From Cirrosporium novae-zelandiae (lineage: Eukaryota): a DNA stretch of 64,000 nt. The position numbers and the translations under genes are program-made. Positions 48,897 to 62,068 of the stretch are shown here, in pieces. The notes below the pieces were generated by a model. It saw only the letters and a list, made by a program, of their open reading frames with translations, did no database searches and was not told the DNA's origin. The stretch's first letter is position 1, and every line of letters starts with the position of its first letter. The stretch spans positions 186,001-250,000 of the forward strand of contig JAPETS010000027.1 in NCBI GenBank assembly GCA_026023565.1, written 5' to 3'.

Positions 48897-50260
48897 GAAT
48901 CAATACAAGCCTAGGAAATGAAGGCCTTCCTTGGGTTAGGTCAGCAATGCAAGGTGTTTGGGCGTGATGGTGGGAGCATAGACATCCTTTGACCCCCCTT
49001 CTGAGGGTTTGATTGAAGACGAGCAACGATTTATGAATAACACTCTTGTTACGCTTTCAACATTCTACATATAATAGGCGGAGCTTAGCGAAGTGCTACT
49101 TGAGGGGCAATGAAGAACTTTAGAGTATGAGACTTTTGCTCCAAGCTCATTCTCATGCAGAGGTATCGAGCGATTCCAGGATTGAGACGACACGTAATGT
49201 TCCAGGTAAAGTGCATCTTGGATATCGTATATATATATATGATTATATAATTATGTTCGGGAAAAGTGGTGATTTCCTTTTCTATCCGCAACTTGAACTC
49301 AGAATATACTCAGTACTTGGGCAGGGGACGCAGGGCTTGAGCATAGCTCTCAAGGCTGAATCATTATCCTATCCTGGTATCTGCCATGCATGCGCATTGA
49401 AGATGGTCGGGCTTTTTGGCAGGGGGGAATGGTTTCTAGGAGAAACATTTGACTAATTCTAACCTTAGTTTGAACCATTGATTCCCAGAAACGTACACAG
49501 TATTTCAGATATTTCATACTTGGGAATAGCCAGGAATGCGGATGTATAAAAGAAGGTCGAACCGATGACGACGGGGGTTAGTTAGTTGATCCGCATATAG
49601 CACCAAGAACAAACTCAAGCGCCACCACTTTCTCTTCTTCTCTTGGCCCAGCAATCATTGTCAATCATGTTAATCTCATGTTGATCAGATCCACCAACTG
49701 CAGGCACCCGCCAATTTCCATTGGAAACTTATGAAGGATCATGGATGGACAATGTACCTCATCTGTCCTAGCTAAGCGGGGAAGCCCAAATCCAACCCGG
49801 CCCAACAACCCAAAAAAACCCAAGAGTCTAGAGAAACACCATGGGATGCTCCGTCTTATTTTTTTTTATGGTTATCTTGAGGAAGTGAAATCAATGGCAC
49901 TCTTTTACCACGCTACTTTTAATATCCTAAGCTTTTGAATTTCTCAAAGGCAAGGTATCTCTCAGTGAACATGGTCTCTGTCCCGTCTCCTTTTATCCCT
50001 GTATGCTCTAACCATCTACAAGATGTACTATAACAACGGTCATCCTTCGTTGGTTCTGTTTCTAGTCCTGTCATCCTATAGTTTATTAAATAGCCCCTTT
50101 GGGCACATTCTTAAGCACCATTCGTTTCTTGGGCTATCCCAGCATGGAAACCAGTGCCATATATCTTGCCGTGTCTCTGCATGAGCCATCTAAATATCTT
50201 CTTCTGTCACTCTATTGATCTCAAAGCTCTGTTAAAAAACTTTTTGTTTCCTTCGCAACC

Positions 50261-53092
50261 ATGCGAGGATTTCTGTTTGTTGCAGCCGCAGCTGTGCTGG
50301 CGTCAGCAACTTTAACAGAAGAGGTTGTCGACCCAGAATCAATTGCTGTCACTTCGCTATATCCGTCTTACCCAACTGAAGCCAGTTACTCTCTTTATAG
50401 CCCTCACCCAAGGTACGTGGACTCATGCAGTGTTGTGTTGATTGTGTGGAATTCTCTAATGGTTGTCAATAGTGTTGCGAGTCCATCTCCTTCGGGCATT
50501 AGCGGAAATGAGAGCTATTGCAGCAGTCTCACTCCCGGCAACTCGAGCACTTTCTGGTATGAGAAAATTCATCACAATGGACGCTCTCCATTCCTCGGCA
50601 AAAACTCGACCTGGACGGTTTTTCGGAATGTTAAAACGGCCTATGGCGCTCACGGTGATGGTATCCACGATGATGCCCAGGCAATTCAGAACGCTTTAGA
50701 TGGTAGGTCAACATAGTAGGTTATTATAGTGCTTTCACGCAAGTAAGGCCATGCCGACCAATTGCAAGCTGCTTGAAGATCTCCTTATAATGTCATATCG
50801 AGAGCGCTAGCCTAGGTGATTGTACTAAATTTGACTCGACTTGATGCTGAGAGCACCGACTCCAAGCCTAAAGATTACATGCCAACTAATCTTTCACGAT
50901 TTTATAGCCGGAAATAGCTATGGTAATCGGAGTTCAGGTGCACTTGGTACCACTGGCCAGCCCGTTGTTATATACCTTCCAAGTGGTACATATATGATGT
51001 CGAAGCCTATCCAGCTTTTTGTCGGTACCGTTTTAATGGGTGACCCAACCAACCCACCAGTTATCAAAGCTACGACCAACTATACCGGCGACTATCTCGT
51101 CTATGGGAAGGATCCTAATCAAGGTTCAACAACCAATTTCTATATAACAATGAAGAATCTACAGCTTGATTCCTCCAATATCAACAAAGCCAAGTCCTTT
51201 ACATTATTGGACTGGAGTGTGAGTCAAGCGACTCAACTCACGAACGTTGTGTTCAATATGCCAAAGCTTAGTAACATCACCGGAAACTATACTGGACACA
51301 CCGGACTTTCTACACCAGAAGGTGGAAGTGGCACTTACATGGGAGATTTGACCTTCCGCGGTGGAGCAATCGGTATTAACTTAAACAATCAACAGTATCT
51401 TCTCAAGTCAATTACTTTTGATGGATGTGCTGTGGGAGTTTATCTTGCTCATGGATTTGACACGGTATTTCAGAATTGCACGTTTATGGATGGAGACACT
51501 GGCATCGACATGACTCCTGGTGATCGGTATAATATTGGATCCGTCACCGTTTTGGATTCAACAGGTAGCAATCTCAAGCGCTTTGTCAAGACCCTAAACT
51601 CTGGAACGGCGGACAGGAATCTTATTCTTGAGAATATTGAAATTCAGAATAGCGGGCCTACGGTCGTTGCTAATGGAACTGGAGTCTACTCTGGCAGCGT
51701 TGCAGACACGTGGGTTATGGGAACTACGGTATGTTGTTACCCTAATTTCTACATTATCGTCTCTAATAGACCAGAAGTATGTCCCAGGTGGTCCTACTAC
51801 AGGTATGCTTCGGAATGGCACCACTCTTTCGACACCCCGCTCGTCAGTTCTTCTAGACGACGGTAAATATTTAACAATACCTCCACCAACATATCAAGAA
51901 TATGCAGTTGACCAATTCATCAACGTCAAAGATGTATATGGCTATCCGGTATATGGGGATGGGGTGACTGATGACACCAAGAATATCAATTACATTCTTA
52001 GCAAATTTGCCAATTGCAAAATTATCTTCTTCCCTGCAGGCACCTACCTCGTGATAGATACAATATTTGTGCCTATCGGCTCCCGGCTTGTAGGCGAAGT
52101 CTGGTCTGCCATAAGTGCCAGTGGCAGCAAGTTTATGAATGCACAAGATCCTACTGTTATGGTCAAAGTTGGAAATTCAGGGGATAAAGGAGTTGTGCAG
52201 TTCTCCGATATGCTGTTCACCGTGGCAGATATCCTCCCGGGCTGCCAATTGGTTAGTGATGCTCTTTTATACTACAGGATTAAGGACGCTAACCATGATA
52301 TAGTTGGAAGTTAATATCGCTGGCGATACTCCTGGCGACGTAGCTTTCTGGAATACCCATTTCCGCGTTGGTGGTGCAAAAGGCTCTAAAGTGCAGACAA
52401 ATTGCGGCAGTACTCCTGATAAATGCAAGGCCGCCTTTGGTCTTTTGCATTTAACTTCAACTTCTTCAGTGTACATTGAAGACATGTGGGGCTGGACCGC
52501 TGATCATGATCTCGATGGTACAAACGACCAAACCATTTCTACTGGTCGTGGTGCTCTTATTGAAGCCACTGCTGGTACTTGGCTTTTAGGAACCACTTTT
52601 GAACACCACACGCTTTATCAATACAATTTGAACAACGCTCAGAATATCTATATTGGAATGCAACAATCCGAAACACCATACTGGCAGGGCCCTCCTCAGA
52701 ATGTCACTGCGCCGGCACCTTGGATTCCTCTTGCAAGGTACAGCGATCCCACCTTCTCCAATTGCAACAGCACCGGCAACAGTACCATTGATGCCCAATG
52801 TCGAATGGCATGGTATGAGCAAATATCGAATGTTAAAGATGCCTTCATTTATGGGAGTGGTTTCTGGACATTCTTCAACAACTTAGACTCTACACCTTGC
52901 GGTGGAAATGATGGAGAATGTCAGACAAATAGTGTTAACATCCTTGGCTCTACCAATGGCCTGTATATATATGGATTGAATACACGTGGTGTTCGGAATT
53001 TGGTAGTAAACTTTGGACGAGCACTCGTTACTCGAGCACAGAACCCAGGAGGATGGGGAGGAACCGTTGCAGCAATGCTAGCGGATTCATGA
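50261..53092 (+). CDS. Secreted GH55 exo-beta-1,3-glucanase; introns about 50413-50472, 50703-50907, 51729-51777, 52252-52303
   Basis: Signal peptide; two 'FRNVK..YGA.GDG..DD' / 'NVKD..GDGVTDDT' beta-helix starts; 'WSVSQAT', 'WGWTADHDLD', 'EHHTLYQY', catalytic 'QSETPYWQ'. Confidence 0.92.
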
Positions 53093-53562
53093 TATGACTT
53101 GGCAGTTTTCTTTTCTCAAGAAATGGGCATAGGGAGTGATGATATAATTTTGCATTTGTTGCAGCTAGAACTTGGTCTAGAACAGGATATTTCGGGTTAT
53201 TACTGTGTAACGGACCCTTGAAATTCAATTAACTATAGATACCACGTTTCCTGTCTTTCATAAATTTTATGTTCGACTATTGATGCAAACTGTACCTAGA
53301 ACTTCAACAATAGTAATTGGTACAGCACTAACGACTCAAGAAACAGAATGTATAACTTGGGTGAAGATAAAGTAACTTTCGGCCTGAGGCTGTAAGCCAC
53401 TCAGCAGGGCTAGAGTCAGGTGGCATCCTTAATCTAGCCTAGAGAGACCATCAGTCAAACGCCGCCACAGCCGCAACAACCACCTAATAAGATGGTGAAT
53501 CCCTCTCCCCGTGTGACAATGCCTTGCCATCTCCAATACCTCCGGTCAAGATTCCCGCTCCG

Positions 53563-55183
53563 ATGGGCGATACCCCAGATAGTTCGGTCATAAACGTTTC
53601 CGAGGCCGGGCATCCTCCATCGGCGAACGTCCATTTCCAGAAACCAAAGTCGAAAAGAACACCATGGAGGAGAGGTCATCGACTAGAGACTCTCGATGCC
53701 CTGCAGCCTTGGCCCGGCTGGGAAGCACTTGGGCGGGGGCCCTACCATCAATATATCCATAACCTTGTTGAAGCGGGATGGGATAATTTGAAAGAGCTGG
53801 ATGACTACATGTCCCGCGACGTGGAAGATCGGGACCTGGTCGTTTCGGTGCTTGACATCCTAGATGACGGGACGCTCAAGAGATTCGATGACCTCCACGA
53901 TGAGATTGTGCTGAATGAATTCTTGACGGATACAAACTCCAACGGTATGAAGGTTAGGCTGTATATGGCGGAACAGCAGGGACCGCTTTCCAGCAGTGTC
54001 ATGGAAGCTTTTGGCCATTATTTGAAGCTGGACCCAAGATTCTTCCAGTGGGACATTAAAGGCAATAGGCGACTGTTGTCACCAGCTGAAAGGCACCGGG
54101 CGCCATACACGTCCATCACATTTACAGTTCTGAATCCAACACCGACTTCGAGCACCAATACAGAAACTTTCAAGGTTACCGTATATATCCAACCGCACGG
54201 GACAGATGAACAGGGACCATGGACTGGTAGGCTTGCCCGAAAGAGCCCCAAGGCACGGACAGGAGAGCACCTTCAGAGAGGACCTCACAAAAAAACTAAA
54301 CTAATAACCAACCACAGGCTTATTCCTAATCCACTCACACTCCAAGCGCGACTTCTCCGTCAACACACTAATCCCACCCCCTCCATACAACCCCAACCCC
54401 AACCCAAACTTAAACAACCACCCACCAATCCAACGAACCCCCCTCTCCTTCCGAGAACTCTACCTTGCCACCTTCTCAACCCTGGACACCACCTCCCCTC
54501 CCTTCCTCTCCCCCTTCTACATAACCAGCTTCCTATTCCGGCTCAACTACTTCTGCTGGAACCAGGTCATCACCGCCATCCGCGAGGAAGACCAGCGCCA
54601 GCTCGGCATCTCCGAAGGCTCTATCAACCACAAGGAGGAAATCAAGAAGAATTTGACCATGGTGCAGAGGTGGGGCAGCTTGGGCTGGAGGCGTAGTAAG
54701 ACCCCGCTCGAGACGGAGCGGAAAGCGGACCTGGAGGAGGACTTTCAGCATCTTGTTAATCAGGCTGATTTGGTCTGGGAGGCTAGGCAGAAAATGGCGG
54801 AGCTCCGCAATCGTCGGTCCGATGCTAGGATCAGTACCTTGACGAATGCATTTACGTTTTTGTAAGCATACCTAACTCTAACCTACCTAACCACCTTTCC
54901 CCCCTTCTCCCAAACCAATCAACTAACCCCCCCCCCCTCTCTCTCTTACAGTTTCGTCCCCATCTCTCTAATAAGTTCTATCTACGGCATGAACGTGATA
55001 GAAATCAGCGGCGATTCCAGCAACCCCGACATCTGGCAATTTTTCGTCGTTACTATCGGTCTGAATATCTTGATTGTTCTGACGCTGGCCGCTTCTCACT
55101 GGATGCAGCTTCTGCTGAGGCATAATCGGTGGGTTGGGGTCAAGGAGGCTTTGAGATTTGCGGCTGGGGTGCAGAAGATTTGA
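53563..55183 (+). CDS. CorA-like (Mg2+ transporter-type) membrane protein; introns about 54228-54317 and 54862-54951; start uncertain
   Basis: Spliced C-terminus 'ISTLTNAFTFFFVPISLISSIYGMNV..IWQFFVV' with the GMN signature between two TM helices. Confidence 0.75.
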
Positions 55184-55219
55184 GAGGTTGAGAGGTTGAG
55201 AGGTTGAGAGGTTGAGAGG
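55180..55219 (+). repeat. (TTGAGAGG)5 tandem repeat overlapping the CorA-like stop codon
   Basis: ttgagaggttgagaggttgagaggttgagaggttgagagg. Confidence 0.9.
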
Positions 55220-55508
55220 AGGGGTGAGGGGTGGGTTATTAGTTATACGTAATAGACTATGTAATATGTATGTATGTTTGTTTAGGGAGATGGTGAAGAA
55301 AGGAAGATATAATGAGGATCTCTTAGGTTGTATATTTATGGAAAATAAATGCTTGTGGTTGTATGTTTTAATTCATTTTTTATATACATACATATTATAC
55401 AGCTCGATATGAGTGTGGAATATCATCATCCAATGACGACCACATATTATGAACGTAGATATTCAAAACATGTTCTCATCATTATCATCACCATCATCAT
55501 AATCATCA

Positions 55509-58307
55509 TCACAATTCATAGCTTCCCTCAAGGACTAGCTCCCCAATGCTCTGTCCGACCCAAACGGTCCTCTTGCCCTCAGCAAGCACAAACTTCCATC
55601 CATCCACATCCCAATATTTAAGCTGTTGTTTTTGCACCGTAATGTCAACCACCATTGTCTCTCCCGCAGCGAGCTCCTCATTCGCAAAGCCTACTAGCAT
55701 GATGGCCGCAAATTGCACGCCAGGATAAGTACTAGCCGCATCGGATGGGGCGGAAACGTAGACCTGCGGCACAGCTACACCAGCAACAGTTCCTGTGTTA
55801 GTAATGTTGAAGGAGACGGTGAAGGCAGCGTCGTCATTTTCAGCGGCGGTGACCTCGAGACCACTATACGAAAATGAGGTGTAGGTTAAGCCATAGCCGA
55901 AGGGGAAAAGCACGGATGTGTTGGTATAATAGTACCAACGATGAGAGATATTGAGGCCTTCGGAGAAGGTTGCATTTCCAGACTCGGTGTCTATGCGTTC
56001 TGGGTACGCGGGGTTTCGAGTGACAGTGGAATTGAGAGAGGTTGGATATGTCACAGGTAGTCGGCCTTGGGGATTACGGTTACCGAGGAGAAGATCGGCA
56101 GTCGCCCAGCCACCTTCTTGACCGGGGAAGCCCATCGCAAGAACGGCAGAAACGGAGTCCAGCCAAGGCATGAGAACGGGCTCAGCGTTGTTGAGAACAA
56201 CAATCGTATTGGGGTTTGCAGCTGCAATGCGGGTCACTAGCTCGTCTTGGCTATTGTCGAGGGTGAGAGCAACTTGGGCAGAACTCTCAGCGTAGGCGAA
56301 AACAATGGGAGTGGTGACGGTCTTGGCGAGGGCGACTGCTGCTTGGATATCCTTTTCTCGTTGTTCAGGAGTAACCCAAGATAGGCGAACAGCCACGGGC
56401 TGGTTTAAAGCCCCTTGGATGGTTGCGCTGAATTCGTGGCTGCCAGCTTCGAGATAAACAGAGGCGCCGATATTGTCCCAACCGTCCCGAGTAGTTATTG
56501 ATGTGCTCCATGCTCGAAGACCTCCATCTAGGTATAAACGGTACCCTTGTGCGACCTGCGAGCCGTTCACGCTCACACTACCAACGTACCACACGGAGTT
56601 GTAATCAGAATTGTTGGCGCCACCACCAGGGCCGAAGATCTGTCGAGAGAATGACAAATGGTAGATGCCGGAAGTATTGGCGTGGAGATAGCCTTTCCAG
56701 GTGTAAGATTTATTAGCTGGAAGTATCGTGTCACCAGAGAAATCGACAGTCGAATCAATCGTATATTCAGAGTCTGAGTCATTTCGTGTGAGACCCTGGG
56801 TTCCATCGACAGTTGACAATGCGCTAGCGGGGATGACGGTGCCTTCGAGATCGATGCCTACAGCGCTCGGGATGTTAGAGTTCCCGGTTCTGTTTTGAAG
56901 CGCTTCAAAAGGCGCAATCAAGCGAGAGGCAAAGCCCCAAGCACGCTCGGCGAATCCAGTGCCATGAGAAAATTGGAGACCATTAGGGCCAAATACACCA
57001 ATGGAGGCGTTAGAGGATAATGGTAAGGCTCCATCAGTATTCTTTAGGAGAACACCAGATTTCACAGCAATTTCATAAGCATCCTCAGCGGATGATAAAA
57101 TAACCTCATTAGATAGCTCAGTCGTTTCCAGTACTGGGTCCGTGGAGAATGAACCGTTAAGTAGCCCAAACTTCTCGAATGTTTGCAGAATGTGTCCAAC
57201 TGCACGATTCAGATATGTCTCAGACAAATTCTTAGTAACATAAATCTGGTCGTACAACAAATCTCCGTAATAATCACCGCCTGGCATTTCCAGGTCCAAC
57301 CCAGCCATAATGGAATTGGCGGTGGAGTGTGTAGCACCCCAGTCAGAAACAGTAATTCCCGTGAAGTTGAATTCATTCCGTACAGTGTTGAAAAGCTCCT
57401 CGTATTGGCAAGCAGGGACACCATTTACCTGCGTTGCTGTTAGATTATTCAAAGTTACAGAAGTATTCTCCGGTCATTATGTTTGGCGTATTAACTCACC
57501 TGCGCATATGAGCACATCAGTGTAGCACCTCCAGCCTCTATCAATGCGCCATATGGAGACCAGTACACCTCATGTAGAACTTGAAGATCGACAACAGAGT
57601 TTGTATCTCCCATACTAGCGCCTGTGCTAGAAGGTCCGATTTGCTTGACATTGGCCATTGTGCCTTGATCTTGGATGCCATTAACTCCTTCAATGCCCAG
57701 CTGGGCATTGAGGAAAGGGTCTTCAGAGTAGCCCTGCCAGAAACTTCCATCTACAGGATCTCGAAGGAGGTTAACCCGTGGAGCAAGTGCGATGGCTATT
57801 TATTATGATTTCATGTCAGTTTGGGTCGATAAGGATGCACAAGACACGTACACATATTCAATAGTCTAGCTTCCAACCCAGTGATATGGCCAGCCTTGTA
57901 GGCCATGTCTTTTGACCAGGTTGCTGCAACATTAATTTGGTTGGGGATTGCTGTAGCATTGGCAACGGAGTTTATTCCACTATTGAGTTCGTCAACCTGG
58001 TATTCATGGCTCGCCGTGAGTAGTAGAAGTCAATTACTTACGCTTCGCCATCAGCCCACTGTGTGGCTGGAATCCCCAACCTGGGAACAGAGGTGATATA
58101 TCCAGCAGGATTTTGAGCCCCTGCATTGACACCCCCAGTAACTAAACTGACTTTCTCTGCACCTGTAAGTTGCTCAATGAGACTATCAACCGCGGCGATA
58201 TTAGTCCTCCATTCTACGGTTGATAGGTCAGAAGTATCTCTAGGAATGGCCAGTCCTGTTGTAAGGACTGGCAGACAGAAAGATACAATCCACGATCGAG
58301 AAAACAT
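55509..58307 (-). CDS. Secreted GH3 glycosidase-like protein with PA14-like insertion and FnIII tail; exons 58307-58042, 57979-57852, 57795-57500, 57428-55509
   Basis: Signal peptide; 'VPRLGIP...WADG', 'YSEDPFL', nucleophile 'VSDWGATH', 'GLDLEMP', 'VLLKN', 'PGQEGG.A.ADLL.G..NP.GRLP', 'FPFGYGLTYT'. Confidence 0.9.
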
Positions 58308-59493
58308 GACAAAGGCAGTGTCAAATCTGCACAATGCAGCCTGGATGGATATGGAAGAAGGCACAAGGATGAAATTATAAGCCATGGCGACCATTTTATA
58401 TGCCTCCATCGTATTTCATTGTGGGGCCTTGATCATAGGAAAGGACCTCAGCTCGGGAAAACGAACCGAACGATCCTTCGATCGTGATGAAATGAAGCGG
58501 AGCATTATGCGAAATCGATCACTACCGAAAGCTATGGGGATATGAAAAGCTACCTTAGATCAGAAATCAAGGACCATCTAGCTATCTTTTTACCTAAAAA
58601 ATCTCTATATGAATAGCGGTAGCGGTAGATTCGGCCAGCTTCTCCGCTTCGTATAGGCACCATCAAGATACCGAATTGTTGGTCAGACCATTCTGACTAG
58701 GAACCAGGACAAAGAGAAGGGGAGAGGGTTTAGTCGATTTAAGGAGCCTGTTCCAGAAAACGTAGGTAAGCCGAACCATCGCTCTACTTGGTAATCCTAA
58801 GACCTCTGACTAGACAAAGTAGAAAAGACGGCGGAGATTTAAAAGAATGTATGGTATTAGTAAGGGTATGTGAACATGGATTGATTCATTTGGATGTGGA
58901 GTTAACTGTGGGTGATGATCGTGAGCGAGGTTGGGTGAGCACTGAGGTTGTATAGAGTGCGGAGCAGATGAAAGAGGGGGAAGGCGTTTACTCGAGTAGT
59001 TGGGGCCCCGAGGTTTCCCCACAGCCAAGTGAGCCGGTAAAATTGCAAGAGACTAGATCAGAGAGATATTTGGTAAAACATTCAAGTGATAGCATGGGGA
59101 TGAAATAATTGAAATTATTTTTTGTCTTCAGTTTTATAGTTTTGGGAAATTGATTTCAAAAAGACCTGTATCCAAGTAGTAAATATCCATACATTCATAT
59201 TTAGTAATTTCAATACTCTTGACTTGAAGGGATAAGAAGATGATCATGTTGGGGAGATGTTGAAGATGTGAAAGGTATTGACCGTTAAACTTCTTGGGGA
59301 AATTTACCGACAAGCCACATCTGACCATGGCACGTGGATCGTACTCGTACCAAGTACATTTGGAGACCATCCACTTGGCTTCATGAAAGCCGGTTTTTCG
59401 GTTAAACATCGGGTATTGAGGTATAACATACAAGTACTGACAAGCAAATACAAAAATACGGTTATATTACTTATTGTCTTCCCTCTGACCAAG

Positions 59494-59714
59494 GACAAGG
59501 GAAATGGATGGAACACCCAATTTTTTTGAGGCGGCCTCATCAAAAAAAACAGGAATCTTGAAAATTTTATATTTAATACACTTTTGAATATAGATTTTTA
59601 TAGAGTTAAAGGATTAATTGTTATCCAGTAATAAACTGGTCTCTCAATTTTTTTTTAAAAGCATTAAAAAATAACAGTGAATTGGCCAAAAATTGGGTGT
59701 TCCATTTCCCTGTC
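59494..59714. mobile_element. MITE-like non-autonomous element relic (about 220 bp, terminal inverted repeats, AT-rich core)
   Basis: Perfect 18-bp inverted match ATGGAACACCCAATTTTT (59508-59525) / AAAAATTGGGTGTTCCAT (59688-59705), extending imperfectly to GACA(A)GGGAAATG / CATTTCCCTGTC; no clear TSD. Confidence 0.6.
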
Positions 59715-59969
59715 GGCCTATTTCTCGGTCCGCGATTCTTTATCTTATCTTCGCCAAAGCAGTAAAGTGATGTAGCTACCTATGTATGACTTTCTTTCCA
59801 CCTCGATCACATAAAGCAACTGCAACTTGATCATTTCGTAATTTCTTATATCTTAGACTCATTCTTCCACCACCTCTGGCTTTAAAATTCACTCCACAAA
59901 TCTTTTCTTTTGCAAATCATCACATTAATCCACTTGAAGCAGTCTAAAGTACCCCACTAGACGTCAACC

Positions 59970-61274
59970 ATGGACGACGCCAAAGAGGGAGCTTTGGCTC
60001 TTGAAAAAAAGGATTTCCCAACAGCTATTGCAAAGTACACTACTGCTCTGACAAAGAACCATACTGCAGTTGACTATTACATTAAACGCTCTACCGCTTT
60101 CCATCGTTCTACCCCGCCCGATTGCATCTCAGCACTCCGAGATGCAGAAATCGCCGTTGCCTTGGCACATAAACGTCAGAAAAAAGAGCTCATTGAACAG
60201 GCACAGCTAAGGAGAGCCATTGTTCTATTTATTTCTGGACGATATGGTGACTCGAGTTTCTGCTTGAAGCTCGTTGAAAAGTCAAGTTCCAAGGTAGACT
60301 TTTGCATGGTCGGCATCACGAGGTGTGTATACAAAGAAAAGAGCATACCAATGTGGAGAGCAAAAATCGACAGCAAAATACAGAGCCTCTCTCCAGAAGA
60401 CGAGAATCTCAAAGTCACTGTCCAGGAGGTGCCTGACATTAATCTGGGTGATTTGACGAACAATTGGAATCCAGCAAAGGGAGAGGTAAATATACCATCG
60501 AAGCTAAAGGCGCCTGAGCCAGCAAACACATTACTAGAACCACCAGTATATCAGGCTCCCGTAAAGTCTGACAAGCCTCGACATGAATGGTACCAGACAT
60601 TGCAAACAGTCACCATAACTTTATTTGTGAAGAATGTTCCTCAGACTGCCGAGATGGAAATCGAGGAGAATTCGGTAAGCGTTTCATCAGCATAATCTTT
60701 AGTTGAAGTTTTCTAACCACCCTAGATTGATATTTACTATCCTCTGGCTTCGGGTGGTACTTTCAACTGGTCCCTCCAACCCCTATTCGCAGCAGTCGAC
60801 ACTAAAAGCTCAACATATCGAATCACTCCCCAGAAAGTTGAATTTACTCTCAAGAAGAAAGTGCCCAACCAAAAATGGACGTCTTTAGAAGGGACAAAAG
60901 ACTCAGGACTGTCCGTGTCTGTGAATATCTTCCCAAGGGAACTTTTAAAAAATAAGCCACCAGTATATCCAACTTCTTCTCGCCGAGGTCCTAAGAATTG
61001 GGATAAGGTCGTTGACAACCTTACTGCCAAAAAATCTGCTGGATCTGGAGTCGAAGAATTTGAATCTTACGATGACGAGGACTACGGCGATCCTGCCGGA
61101 GCTTTATTCAAAAAGCTCTACCAGAACGCAGACCCGGATACTAGGAGAGCGATGGTGAAAAGCTACCAGGAAAGCAATGGCACAAGTTTGAGTACAAACT
61201 GGGACGAGGTGAAAAAACACAAGGTTGAGACTGTACCTCCAGAGGGCACGACTGCTAAAAAATGGAACGAATGA
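59970..61274 (+). CDS. SGT1: Sgt1 Hsp90 co-chaperone (TPR-CS-SGS); intron about 60675-60725
   Basis: TPR N-terminus; CS domain 'RHEWYQT...VTITLFVKNV'; SGS domain 'YPTSSRRGPKNWDKV', 'FKKLYQNADPDTRRAMVKSYQESNGTSLSTNW'. Confidence 0.94.
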
Positions 61275-62035
61275 TTGCGCCTATGTAAAGGTGAAATTCA
61301 ATTAGATTGAATCCATACGTTTGTTGATTGCCCCGAGCACGAGTATTGGTGTTGGAGTATTTGACAGGAATGAGCGGTTTACTGGGTATACTTAGGGTTA
61401 GCAAAAAGGAAAATGGAGAGGTTATATTATTTATGAGCAAGCGGGTATGTGGTTATCTACCTAGGTATGATTATGGCTCCCAGTAAAACAAGTTAGCAGG
61501 CAGAGACCCTAATAGATCCAATAATCTTGGACCTATGAGACAACTATAAAAGTAAAATTGAATGTGGTGTTGAAAGCGTGAAGCTACTCGACCATTTCAT
61601 TTAAAAATACAAAGGGTTTGGTTTTAACTAATTTTCTGAAGGTGTGTTAGTAAGGGAAGTAACAAATATAGAGAGTATATATTGATAATTGGCGCTGCGA
61701 GAGATTATGAAGCTAGTCTCTCCATCACCCCGTTGGGTAAAATATTATATCACCAGGTCTTCAGAGACGCACAAGAATATGAGATGCTCAGACACTACTT
61801 CCCAAAGTTTGCTGGTAAGTGCGATTTCTTGTAGACAGTAGGATCTATACTCGATAGCTATCGGTCCGTGTTTCTTTCTGGGAGCAGCGTAGAGAGTAGT
61901 AGTAGTTGCAGTAGTGCAACAACAACAACACCATCACCATCAGCATCGACATCCAAGCCCATCAATCAATACGACGACCACGACCATCGCTAACCACTAA
62001 CTACCAATACGTTTATTTTTTCCCTTCAATTACCC

Positions 62036-62068
62036 TTCTTCTTCTTCTTCTTCTTCTTCTTCTTCTTC
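62036..62068 (+). repeat. (TTC)11 microsatellite
   Basis: Counted directly. Confidence 0.95.
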
